Shown here: in pieces, positions 50,132 to 63,260 of the stretch
Layout: each line of letters opens with the position of its first letter
Numbering within the stretch: the stretch's first letter is position 1
Source: Nageia nagi
Lineage: Eukaryota > Plantae > Pinophyta
Assembly: GCA_050084985.1 (NCBI GenBank)
Contig: JBITNC010000001.1
Coordinates: 58,962,001-59,026,000, forward strand
Length of the DNA stretch: 64,000 bases
Direction of reading: 5' to 3'
The notes under the pieces: model-generated
What the model was told of the DNA's origin: nothing
Database searches by the model: none
What the model saw: the letters and a program-made list of their open reading frames with translations, nothing else
Program-made: the position numbers and the translations under genes

Positions 50132-53100
50132 ATCATGATTTTGACTTGTGATACAATTTGTATCATTAAACATGAATGTTTTACTTAGGTATTTACTTAA
50201 TTTAGGACAACTAAAAATATTCAATAGAGAGTTATGGATAATTGCATGACCCATAATGCAACATTATATACATGTATTTTTCCTTGACTATATGGGGTTC
50301 TTATATGAAGTGAAAGACTTTATAAATAGCATGTTGATATTGGTAAGGGTTGGTTACCATAACTGCTTTATAAGATTATATCCCTTGATGTAAATGGAAT
50401 ACAAGGGAATTAATTATAGAAATATCATGTCTTCTTGGCCATGTTGGGCATTTTATGATGTAAAAGACTTCATATGTATCATGCCAATAAACTAATTATT
50501 GTAGTATGGAGTGGTTTGATTCGTAGCTTTACCAGTTTGTAGGCAATGGTGCTAGAGTCATATGCCTTATTCTTATTGAATTACTTGTATTTCCTCATAT
50601 TTATAAGGTTTGTTATCAATGTATGAATGATAACATCCATAAAATTATATAATTCATGTATGATTGACCTTGTTCATCATGTTGGCCATTTAGAGTTCAA
50701 AAAAAAATGATAAATAGCATAAAAATAAAACCAAAATGTAGTTTTTACATATGTATTCTTAGTACATTGACTAATTAGAAAGAAATGGTGATTCTTCCTC
50801 TCACAACATGTCTCCTAATGGAGTCCTTCATCATACTTCTCTATCACAAGTGGGAGTGGGAGGTAAAAACTTCACCAAAATTTGGGTAGGATGCTAAAAT
50901 TTTGAATTGTGGATGCTTGCCCAAATATTTTATCTCTTTTAATATTATTCAATTTAATATTGCATTATTACTTTATGAAATATTAGGGCATTTTATTATC
51001 AACTAAAAAAATTATCTTATATACTCAAGTAAAATTGTAATTTTAAATCACTTGCTAAAACAACTATTTATTGCTATATATAACAATAATTATAAATCAC
51101 TTGCTAAAATAACCATTTATTGTCAAAGCTTGATTTTGGTTTAGTGTTTTGTAAACAATAATACCATTTCCATATCATTTGACAAGGGAAGATCCATATT
51201 GTTTGATAAGGCTAAAGCTATGTTAATGATAAGATAAAGGCCATGTCATCCTAGATGGATATATAAAGAAATATCATTCTTATGTCTATGCAAATGGAGT
51301 ATATTCATATAGAAATATTAATCATAATGACTTATCACAAATATAAAATAAATGCATCCACATTTATGAGTAGTGAAATATCTATTTTTTTTCATTATAA
51401 ACTATAGAATTTTGAATGTAGTCTCTAGATAACCTTATATGCTAGATTGGGTTGTGAATGTTAATGATAGTATATTAAAAATTATATATTTCAATTAAAT
51501 ATTTTGAACAATTATTAATATCATTAAGATTTCATAGCTTAATCATTATGTAACCCAAATTTTTTAAAATTTTGCAAATTCTAATATTAAATATTACTGT
51601 TCTATACATGACTTAAGATAGTTAGTAGGAAAAATATTTATAGGTACAAAATAGGACTTCCACTCTACATATAATAATTTTTTCTATAGGTGTACCTTCC
51701 TTTCATGTTTCAATGTATGCAAAGCCATAAAAGTGTTTATAGCTCCATGTTCTACTGTAGGCTCTTTTTCAACTCTACATATATTACGATATGCTAGTTA
51801 AATAGTTATTATGAGAGATATTGAACAATAAATCCATCATAAAAATTTAATTTTTCATGCATTTTATTCTATTAATGATAAATACAAATATAAGTTTCTA
51901 CCAATTTTACCCCATAATTTATATGAGAAGGAGGGGGTGTATATTACTACAATTTTATATGTCAATTTAGGGGAGGTGGGTGGGGGTGGTCTTAAAGTCT
52001 ATATTGATAGCTCCCAATTTTTATATATTTACCTAAAACACCCCAAACAATAATTTATATAAATTACTTATCTTATTCTCATCATTTGAAGATATAATCT
52101 AGAGTTCCATTAGGTCATTTATTTTTCCCATTATAACAAGGGAAAATATTATAATAATATTTTTATTTTATTAGATAAAATATATCATAATTTTATTCAT
52201 AATATCATTTGCAAATATTATAAGAATGTATTTAGAAGCATCATTCTTATTTGTATATCTATGAAGAGCACCAATTATACCTTTTAGATAAGGAGAAAGT
52301 AGTAAACTAAGACTAATCTACTCATATCTTTGTATTAGGTTCTTGAATTTGTCTTCCATGTAAAGTGGAAGATTTTCATAAGAGATTAAATAAATTGAAT
52401 CAAGGCATTCAAATGAAGGTTATATTGTGTAGGTATTTAGGGATGATATCATTTCATAAATAACATGCATAACATAGATCAAATATGGTTGAAGTATGAT
52501 AATAGTTATTTATGTATTTGAAGTATTAATAGACCTCTTTCACTAATATTACATGACTATATGTAGATATAGCCTGAATAATTATAATAAATATTGAATC
52601 TAGTTGAAATTAGTCAAATTATTTTATTAAAACATTTAATATCCTTCATACCAAGCACCTTATATTCATATCTTATGATAATTGCAATCCATGAGATTAG
52701 GTCTCTCTAGTGCATCTAGTTAAAAAGATTTTCAGCTTCTGTAAGGAGCCCAATTTGTACTAAAAGAAACTCAAACTTTGATGATGACTAATTTACAATG
52801 TTTCATTTATGATTCTACACAACCATCCTAATATGAGGAATAAATGGTAGTTTTGAAGCACAAATTCACAACCACTCTAATATATTTTCATAGATGGTGA
52901 TTTTGTAAGGGTGAACTATAACTACCATTATATAAAGTAATACAACACATTATAATTGCTATAAATATTAACTCAAAAAAATAAAACCATTATGTGGAAA
53001 ATGTGATCACCAAAAAAATTGGTATTTCACCACCCAACAGCAATATCAAGGAACTCTATGAAAAAATGAGAGCAAACAAGGTGATGAGGGAATATCATCT

Positions 53101-53414
53101 CCACATTGTAACAATTAGATTTTATTAGTATGTGAAGGAGGGTTTGGCCATTTCCAATACCTTAATGTAATATGTAACAAAGGAGGGTTTAGGTATCTCT
53201 ACACTGAAGCAATTAAGGTTTTTTGGCATGTAATTCATCTTTGTATGAGTATTCTTTAATCATTGTGGGTATTTTATATGTGTTTTTAACCTAGTAAATC
53301 CAAAAAACAAAGAGAGGAAGGAAAGAAGTATAAGGGCATATGCAAAAAGTTGGATCCATTAAATCTAGACATGGGTGGGATAGCTGGTGAGTTTAGAAAA
53401 AATAGAATCCTAGT

Positions 53415-53560
53415 TTCAAAAAAATGGGATCCCATTTAGCTTTGGGTTCCCAAACCATAAAATAAAATGGGATCCCATTTAGCTCTAGGTTCCCAAACCA
53501 TAAAATAAAATGGGATCTTGATTTTTAAATTGGGATCCCATTATGGTTCAAAAACTTGAT
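53415..53560. repeat. Short repeat cluster built on the palindrome TGGGATCCCA
   Basis: AAAATGGGATCCCATTTAGCT.T.GGTTCCCAAACCATAAAAT occurs twice at about 45-bp spacing, plus further TGGGATC copies. Confidence 0.7.
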
Positions 53561-56500
53561 TTAATCAAGATCCTATTTTTTATTAAATTGGATTGCAATT
53601 TATTTAAAATATGATTCTATTTTAAAGAACTAATATCAAAATAATTAATGATATCAAACCTTAATTCCTAAGACTTAAACCCTATACCCTAAACCCTAAA
53701 TCTTAATCTATTAATGCTATGCTATAAACCCTAAACAAGAGGGAAATATATTAGAGGAACACACTAGATTAAATAAAATATAGGAATGGGAGGTGGAAGA
53801 GGTGGAGCTATTGGAGGAATATATTTTATACGTATATTGTAGGTAATTAGTGTTGTATTTAGTTTAGGGAAAATGTTAGCAGGTGGATCATAGAATGATT
53901 ATGGTGGAAAATAATATAAAGGGTAATAAATTGATAGCTATATGTAGATGGACATGAAAATGTATATAGGCATATAGGGCTTGTTAAAAAATTGATTGAA
54001 TTCTTTTGCATAGGGATTCAACATTCCTATGTAATCAAGAGAATTCTTCAACATCAAGTTATATATGGAATATTACTAAAATCATCCAACCTAAGCACTT
54101 TTTTTGGCATGTATTATAATTTTGAGCTAAGACTAATGGATGGATTGATAAATCCAAATACAAATTTTCATGATGAGCATATGCATTTAATTATCCACTT
54201 TCCTCCTATCTTTTCATTTACCTAAGATCTAAATTCTTTTCTTACCCATCTAGAATTTTTGCCAACTTCATTCACTACTTCTTGTAGTTGCTTGTATTAT
54301 ATTAATTTTCTTCTATGGAATGTAACAAATGTGAAGCTTTGAGAGCCAAGGACACTACAAAGAAGAAATTAATGATAGAAGATATAAAAGGGAGTTATAC
54401 ATTTTATCAAAAGGCCCATAAGTTGTACCCTTATATTGAGGGATTTTACCACTTGATAACTACCATTGAGATCCACCTTGTAGATAAAAAAAAAACTTGA
54501 CTCCTCAAGATTGATTGATTGGTATGCCATATTTGGGGTACATTTATCCTTTGAATATGATATATCATTCATTAAAAAATAATACAAAAACATAATTGTG
54601 TGATTTTTATGATGAGGGTTTCATGGGGAATGACCACAACAAAATGGGATGATAATGTTATAAAATTCATTTGTTACTTCAAACATTACTTTTACTATAT
54701 ATAAATAATCCCCTGACACTGTGCTAAAAACATTCAATGGAATTGTACTAGATATATTATTCTAGAAAATACTTGTGGGTACCTATGGTATGCCATGTTA
54801 TACTAATTCAATGGCTCTACATATTTCATAGATGGTTAGGAGAACTTCCTACATGAATAATTAATTCAACCTAGATATGTTATAATGTTGAAAAGCCTTA
54901 CATATTCACATTTTATTGTTCGAATATATGAACCAAGTGAAAATGAAAAAAATATCAAACATTGATATATTGTAAAAGAAAAGTCACCCTTATGTCATGG
55001 TGTAAAATTTATTTTGTGCACTAGTTATCGTCAAACATGTGGTTCCATAAATAAGCCAACTATTAAATAAGAAGAAGAAGAAGAATAAATAAGTATCCAT
55101 TGTTACATATAGAATGCTGCTTTTACATTACTAAGATCACATACACCAAATTTCAATTGCAATTAGATCACCCAATGTTTTTTTGATAGGATTAAACATC
55201 AAAGTACATCTTTTATAAATATCACAAAGTATTAATTATAATTGATACAATTATAGCTAAAGAGCATTGATACTATAGTGATTGAAATAGGAGAAGAGCA
55301 TGTAGATCTTGTAAGAAAAAAATTTATGACTTACAACTCTTTAATATCAATTGATGTGTAATTTTTCAAATTCATGTCCAACAACTTCACATATTTGATG
55401 ACTAAATGCATAGTTTTAACCTTTTTCTTAAGTTGAAGGTGTGATTTAAGTATAAAGGTTTGTGGATGATTTTGGTTTGGAGGATATTTCTTTATACTCT
55501 ACAAAAAGGATCAATTCATCAGGGGGTTATTAGTATGCAATTTTGGGGAGTCCCAATGGTGGTTTATGGGATATTTTATTATGGATGAGAATGATTTGGA
55601 TTCTAGGAAGTTTCCTAAAATAGATTCCAATTGAACATATATTGTATGTAAATCCTAAATATTTAATCCTAAACCCTAAACCTTATAACCTAAACATATA
55701 ATGTATATTTTATGTAATAGATGTTGTATACTATTTGGTGAAAATGTTGGCAACTAGATTCTAGAGCAGTGATAGTGGAGCGAATTTCTATGTACATGGG
55801 TATGAAAATGGGTATAAGTAGCTGGTGCTTGTGAAAATATGGATTTAATTCTTTTACACAAACCACATTCAATTTTCCTATGTAATTGAAAGAATTATTT
55901 TCCATCAAACTCCTCTTTCTATAGAGGTACATCCTAGATATGGAGTCACAATAATGCCCACCACCATTAATAGAGAGAATTGAAGTGGTGATAAAATATT
56001 AAAATGAATATTTATTTATATTTATTATGGGCATGAAAATAAGCATGAGCATTTCAAGCTTGTGAAAAATTGGAGTTGAATCTATTGATAGGATGAGGTA
56101 CTAACATTGTTGTGAAAATAACATAGTTTTCATGGGTGATTTTCATTTACAAGAGACTTCTTCACACTCTACAAAGAAGAACATATCATCAAGGGATACT
56201 ATGTTAAATTATTTTGGTAATTCAACATATTTAAAATATGGTTAGGAAGACTTTTAATTCTATCATTTAAAAAAAGTTCAAGATATTCATATCTTCATAC
56301 ATGTTCTGGATATTTATTTTCTTGTTCAAATTTTTGAAAGTATTAGAAAAGAAAATTAACAAGATATAGCCTACCCATTCAACCTAGTAGTGAATATGCC
56401 CATAATATTTAAAGTAGAAATAAAGTTTGTTATGGTTTATTTTTTGTAGCTTTACATGTTTGTACATGATTTTAGAGGCCCCAAGCCATTTGAAAAAGAT

Positions 56501-58814
56501 GAACTCCCTTTCTCACATAATATAGGTAAGTCTACATTTGGTCATTCAACTTGGCTTGTATGATAACTCTTCCTTCATCACACAATCAACATATTATATA
56601 AATATATTTAAGATTTTCCTTCTTTATCTTCACTTTGTTTATTTATATTAGATTACAATATGTTTCAAATGCATGCCAAAAGTTAGTAAAGCCCATTGCC
56701 TTTGTTAGGACTTTGAAGTTGTAGGTCTAAAGCAAAGGCTAGGTCACTAAACCTATTTTTGATCCTAGAACCAAGGGAAAAAGGTGGATGAAAATTTAAA
56801 TTTAAACATTGGGATTTTGGGTATTGAGATATCAAGGATTAAGATCTCAGTCTACGAGATCTTGACCATCACAATCTCAACCCATATATATATTAAAATA
56901 CTCATATAAAAGTATTTATGTTTTTATTCATATCCATTAATATTGTATGGAATTGTACGATCTAATTCTATAATTTTCTCTTCTTTTTATGACCTTTTAT
57001 TTATTTTTTGTGATTACAATAAGTTTGAAGCAAGGATAATTTAAAAAGGAGGTCATGTGATAAAAAAAAGTCAACTAAGGAAAGATTTAAGGAACTTGAC
57101 ACTTGAATAAGAAAAATCATATAAAGAGAGGGATGTATGATGAAAAAGAGAGAGAAGAACATTTTTAAGGTAATTGAGGGATGTGGAAGCATTAATTGTT
57201 CTAGTAACTAATCCCAAGGAGAACATTGAAGAGGAAATATTCGACTAGAGATTATTTAGGAGGAGAACATTTGACTAGAGAACATTGAGAAGGAGAAAAT
57301 TCAAGAGATGGATGTATATGATGCACATGTGGAAGAGGAGACTATGATTATATAAGATTCATATCCACCTATCGATATGAATCCATCGGGTATGTCTTCC
57401 AATCCACCTTTCAAAATGAATCCATTAGAAATGTATTCACATCCACCTTTGAAAGATAATGATAATAGTTTTTTGAAAATGGAAGGTAGTATGTTACATA
57501 ATTTTTCTAAATATAAGCTTCTATCTCAAAGAAAATATAAGAATAGTTGTAACTAATATACATGAGGAATATTTCAATGATAAAGAGTTAGGAGCTCAAT
57601 GTCAACTCATGTTAAAATTAATGAAAATGATAAAGGTAATGAAAACCTTAGGTATTAACATGAAATAAAATAAGGAATATGATCCCCTTAGACAAGTTGT
57701 TTCTACTATTTCTAGTGCCATTAGTTCTATTAGAGAAAAAAATAGACCTAAAGATAAGAATGTGACACAACAAGCTATAAAAACTTCTTTAGTAAGCCAA
57801 ACAACCTAAAAAAAAAGAAATATTAGTGAATTATTTGATGTGATTCATAAAAATATTAAAGGATATTTAAAGAGAATACAAAGAATTGAAATGCATCCAA
57901 TCAACCAATGTTAGTGTTATAGTGGTAGACTTTCGAGATATGACATGAAATTGACTAGTGAGATCAAGGCTATAATCGAAAATTTTTGGCATGGTAGAAC
58001 AAGGGCATCACCACATTCTAGATATGATTTGAAATTAAAACTTGGGTCAAAAGATCATGAATCCCATTCAAAATATGTGTTAGATATAACTCAAACTTAA
58101 TTGTATCAACAATTTGTAGAAGAGGGAGTGTTACAACAAATTAATATTGAAATAAGTCAAAGATCATTTGAGAAATATATGTTGGAAACCTAATCCTTAG
58201 GGATTAAGGTAATTTGTGATCATTAATAGTTTTAGGTGTGTGAGTATGCATGTATTTATAGGAGATCAAATGAATACAATATTTGGCTTTTGGAGTTTCT
58301 CCTTCAAGTGGTATCAGAGCCTTATTGGAGAAGATCTGGAGAACTCCATTGCCCATCCTCCTAAGATGAGGGTTTGAAGTTTTTTTGTTGGTTCATAGTT
58401 TCAGCTATGTTTATGAAGATTTGAATCTATTATGGGGATTTGAATCTGTTGAAGAGAGGTAGAGGACTACCTTAGAGATGTGAATGATGGCCAGAGGAGC
58501 CATGAGAGAAGATCATGCAGAGAAAGGGGTGTTGGAGTGCATCTCCTTGCATGGATCATGAGAAGAGCCTATGTGGTGAAAGGGGTGTGTCTTGGACTGC
58601 ACCTCCCCACATGGAGCCTGAGGAAGAGAAGAGAGTGCCTCATAGAGGAGGCATCGCATAGCTAAAAAAGGGATGCAAACTGTTTATTCAAACCCACGTA
58701 AGATTGAGCCACAAGGAGCTCAGTGTGGTGCCATGGAGGGTCTTGGAAGAGGTAGAGTTTTTTGGAATCTATCTGGAGAACATTAATGAGGAAGGAGAAG
58801 GACAAACACATTGT

Positions 58815-58883
58815 TTAATGGTGGAGGCTCCTCTTGGTGCAGAAGCTATAAAGTTCTACAAGCATGCATTTGGAGCTGTAGAG
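58815..58883 (+). pseudogene. Captured fragment of a VOC/glyoxalase-like gene (At5g48480-like)
   Basis: LMVEAPLGAEAIKFYKHAFGAVE matches the family motif LLVEAxKxxDAVxFYKxAFGAxE. Confidence 0.75.
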
Positions 58884-59051
58884 GCAAGAGAAAGAGTAGT
58901 TGTAGAAGTAAGGGAAAAGGTTGCTATTGAAAGGGCTACAGTAGAGGTGAGGCTCAGAGCACAGCGCACTGCTATAGAGAGGGCCACTATAAAGGTTTGT
59001 GAATGAGTGGCCAAAGCATTAACTGAAAAGAATAAACATGATTTTCATGTC
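58875..59051 (+). pseudogene. Captured fragments of an auxilin-related (J-domain clathrin-uncoating) gene
   Basis: EARERVVVEVREKVAIERATVEVRLRAQRTAIERATIKVCE*VAKALTEKNKHDFHV matches auxilin-like EARERAAAEARE..AAVERATAEARLRAERAAVERATAEARER and ERAAKALAEKNxRDLQV. Confidence 0.75.
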
Positions 59052-59635
59052 GACCAACACTGCTTCTCCTGAGGGTTTGCATTACGACATGGACATAATG
59101 ATCGACACGTAGGAAGAGAGAATGCCATCTAAAATTATGGATTTGAAGAAAAACATACTCTGTGAAGGGTAGTGCAGAGAACACTACAGAATGGAGGTCA
59201 ACATGTGAGGATGGGATGAGCAACCTGACTAGCTTTGGTTGGAGCCCTCACATGCAGGAAGAGAAAGTGATGGAAGTCCAGCATGCGGACGAGCAGCTGG
59301 CCCTGGTCGTAGTCAGGCAGAACGTGCACAAGAGAGAGTGATGTCACATAAAGTGGTTTGTCTAAACTGGGCTAAGAAATTTTGAGGGTGGTTTTTTAGT
59401 CAATGATACCAATAATAGTGTTGGATCTACCATGCTAGAAAGTCTACCGATGATGTGGAGCGAGGAAGAATGCCATGTGGGATCGATGAAGCCCTTACCG
59501 CTGTTTGAAGAGGATAAAGGTGGGGATGACAGTGGGGTCTAGAACAGAGCACCAAATGAACCCCTGATGAGTGCTAGACATGGTAGTTGGGAACCAACCT
59601 GACACCATAATGCTACTATTGGGCTCAGTGTAACG

Positions 59636-59722
59636 CCAGATGAGCACCAGATGAGCACCAGATGAGTGCCAGACTAGCTCCAGAAATGAGCTCCAGAAAT
59701 GAGCTCTAGAAAAGGCTCCAAA
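59636..59722 (+). repeat. 11-bp (CCAGATGAGCA) and 13-bp (GCTCCAGAAATGA) tandem repeats before the PPT
   Basis: Direct reading. Confidence 0.8.
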
Positions 59723-62700
59723 AATGTTTTGTAGCATCTATAGCACACCTAAAAGCATCTTTGAAGCATCTTTGTATTCTCATTTATTTCTTAATCCCTT
59801 ACGAATTAAAGGAGGGAATGTTGGAAACCTAATGCTTAGGGATTAAGGTAATTTGTGATCATTAATAGTTTTAGGTGTGTGAGTATGCATGTATTTATAG
59901 GAGATCAAATGAACACAATATTTGGCTTTTGGAGTTTCTCCTTCAATATAAACCTTGGTATGTTAGAATTAACAAGGAAAGAGTAATATGTTGTTGCAAA
60001 AATCATAGGCAATTTTGATATTATTATGATGCTTTTTAAAACATATATGGGAAGTTTCATAATAATGATTTGAGGTAAAAATGTTGTATTCATATATCAC
60101 CTAAAACCATCAAGGAGTTTATAGAATGTTTGCTTTGTCCATCTCCTCATGAGCAATCATTTTATTCAAATGCATGTATTACAAGATAATGTGATAAAAG
60201 TCAAGAATTTTCATTACTAGGATATTGTACACATGAAATTAGTATGCATGAATTTGGACAACAAGATGTGGATGTTATAATATTCAATAATGTTGATTAT
60301 GATTTGAAATATGAAAAAATTGGAAACCATGTTGATTTGATCACTGAAAGCACCAAAATACATAAATTCATAGATGATTTTAAGACAAAGTATCTACAAA
60401 AACATGTGAAACACTTCCAAAATGTTAGATGGCTTGATAGTCAATTTTGTTAATGTAGAAACACATTTCTAGTTGGAACTATATTATCAATTGTTGACTT
60501 TGTCAAAAATTATACTCTTAAACTACAAGATGAAATTCACTCTAAATATTATAATTCAATTCAAGTTGCCATTTTTGTCCATATTGTATATAGACATGCA
60601 GATGATAGTACTAAAGATAACATAAAAAGTTTTAGGGAGTACCATTTATATATGAGTTACAATTGATTACACTCATCATAGTTTTTCTAATATTATTTTA
60701 AGGTATTTTATAATAATTTGGATCAAAGAGGAATTCACATGGCAAAACATTTCATATGGTTAGATAATTGTATGCAAAAGTTTAAAAATTCATGAATGTT
60801 TTATTGCTAAGTAGAGTTTATAAAGAAAAAAATATCGAACATATATGGAGCTGTAGTGAAGCAAGACATGGTAAAGGAGAACATGATGGAGAAGGTGCAT
60901 GTGTTAAAATATATCTTGCTAGAGAGAAACTAAAATTTGCTTATGTAAGTAAATTTATATATGCCTGTGATTCTATGGAATGATTTAGTATAACATAGTT
61001 TATAAGATCAAGTAAGAATTCTACAATTCAATGATACTTTTTGTTAGTTGAAGAAGATGATATTTTAGATCATCCTAATTGTGATACAATTAGTGGATTA
61101 GCAAAGTGGCATGCATTTGGGAGTTTGAAAGAAAGCACTTGGACTATATGGAGAAGGGATCTTGCACATTTTTGTGAGAATTGTATTATAGATGATTCAA
61201 AACCATATGGAAACATAGAATGGGTTGAGGAATAGAAACAAATATCTTTGACACCTTCACAATCCTCTGATGATCAAAAAGAAATAATAATTGAAGATGA
61301 ATTATTTGTATCAAAAGATTGTGATCATATTTTAGACATTGTACAAGAAGGTAATTCAAATTCAATTTATTTATATTCTTAAAAATATATATTTTAATAT
61401 ATATTATGTTTGTTTTATACATTGAACACTTTCTTGATATAAATTTTATTTACAAGACATGTGTATGCCATTATTGTACTTGAAGGGAATGAAGATGGAA
61501 TAAGGTATTGGGTAGCTTGATGTGTTGAGAAAAAATATAAGTTAACTCAACCTCAATGTGATGATGATGGATTACTTTATCCAATAGGTTCATATATATG
61601 TATTTCTTAGTCTATCTTATTATCTACTCTCTAGATATTTCTTTAGACTATTTATCATTTTTTTTAGATTTTGATAATGATGGATAAATCATGGTTATAG
61701 CCAACAAGTTCTATGGTGGTTGTTGGCACATGACTACAAAATTATCTCACTAGGCCAATAACTGGTTTGCCTACATTCAAATATTATGAAATAACTAAGA
61801 GGATTCTACATTACTCACATTTGATATTTGCAACAAGTATCGAACTATTCAGACACAAAAGGAAGCTTGCTAATAGAGTGTTGTGGATCCTTTCATCGGA
61901 TGAGCTTGAGATGATTATAGATGCACTACAAAAAAAAGAGAGGATGCAAATGGTACAATGAATTGAAAAATAAAGGTAATCTTAAATAGTGAAATATTTG
62001 AATTTTTTAAATTAAATACAATTATGTTATATATGTTTCATTCACATTCCCTTCCATGTTTTGTTGATAGTTGTAAAGAGAGGAATCATACAAGTACATC
62101 ACTATCTAGAATCATCAAATGGTGTCTCTTGACACTACCTATCATTTTGGATTTGTACCTAGAATTATGAATATGATATATTTATGACCTGTATATATTG
62201 CATGATGATATTTTATTTAATGCTATATTGTGATGATATTTATATTAGAATTATGTATATATATTGATTTACTTCTTGAAATGAGGAAATACATATAATA
62301 TATAATTCCTTTCCCATTCTCTAGGCTATTCCCTTCCTAGTTCCCTAGGTTCTTCCCTTCCCCTTCCCCTTCTCCCCTTGAACAATTATAGAGTTAAACA
62401 AATAGAGCTAAAAAATGATTTTAGCTAAAAGCATTTTAGGGTCCTAGCATAACCATAAACCCTAAACCTTTAAAATCTTAAACCATAACTCCTAACCCTA
62501 GCTATTTAAACTAAATATTAACCCTTAAGGTTATCACAAACTAAACATTAATACATCTTCCCAATTGATCACCACTCAAATGTAACCCTTACAAGATCCT
62601 TTAAGGGTAATTTCATATTTTAATGTGCTTGATTGGTAGTGAGGTAACTTATTTAAATGATCATATAAATTAGATTTATGAATTCTATTCAAGAGTGACT

Positions 62701-62861
62701 AAGTGCTAACTGAATTTGGATGAAAATAATTTTCATTACACATACATTATACCATGATTTGACTTAGATGAATAGTTTGGGAAAGTAGTGATTTTCACTA
62801 GAAACTAATTGATATAACTAGAATAGTTTGACCATTTTCACTAATTTTTTTTATAGATTAT

Positions 62862-63260
62862 TAGGAGTATTTTTATACATGCCTAAGTGTTTTGAATGAG
62901 TACATCCATATGTATCTCATTAAGGTTGTATGAATGTGTTTAGGAGTATTTTGTTACATGCTTTACCTTAAGTCCATCAAGTTCTTGCTTAAGTATTTTG
63001 AATGAGTGCATCCATATGTATTTCATTAAGGTTTTATGAACATGTTTAGGAGTACTTTGTTACATGCTTTACCTTAAGTCCATTATGTTCATGTTTAAGT
63101 GTTTTGAATGAGTACATCCATATGTATTTCATTAAGGTTGTATGAACATGTTTAGGAGTACTTTGCTACATGTGCTTTACCTTAAGTCCATTATATTCAT
63201 TTTTAATTATTTTTAATGAGTAATTCCATATTTATTTCATTAAATTTGTATGAACATTAA
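62862..63260. repeat. About 106-bp tandem repeat, about 3.5 copies
   Basis: TAAGT.TTTTGAATGAGT.CATCCATATGTAT starts at 62884, 62990, 63096 and 63204. Confidence 0.9.

Larger units (their letters stand above)
58180..59945 (+). mobile_element. Young non-autonomous short-LTR retrotransposon (TRIM-like, 1766 bp) with captured host gene fragments
   Basis: 127-bp LTRs at 58180-58306 and 59819-59945 (2 mismatches, TG..CA), ATATA TSD, PBS TGGTATCAGAGC at 58309-58320 and PPT AAAGGAGGGAA at 59808-59818. No gag or pol. Confidence 0.97.
57950..61961 (+). pseudogene. Sola2-like DDD transposase pseudogene with two C-terminal introns, interrupted by the short-LTR element
   Basis: Reconstructed SQRSFEKY|KPWYVRINKERVICCCKNH, IVDFVKNYTLKLQDEIHSKYY (60496), HFIWLDNCMQKFKN (60763) and WSCSEARHGKGEHDGEGACVK (60867). 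These match the DF(A/S)ENY..Q.EIQS / SD.C..Q(F/Y)KN / HGKG..DG.G pattern I associate with Sola2. Introns are 61351-61455 and 61588-61707. Termini were not found. Confidence 0.65.

Noticed and set aside
49978-50166. ORF with an IYIYIY run
   Set aside because: It is a translation of an (AT)n microsatellite.
51130-51480. Possible very old copia RT/RNase H trace
   Set aside because: Only faint motifs (DWVVNVNDS); too decayed to support as a feature.
53670-53735. AAACCCTAAA motifs (also about 55650-55695 and 62450-62520) as interstitial telomere
   Set aside because: Only 2-4 degenerate units, common in plant repeats and telo-box-like tracts; not an array.
53990-55300. Possible minus-strand DNA-transposon coding remnant
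   Set aside because: I could not recover any diagnostic catalytic motif by eye.
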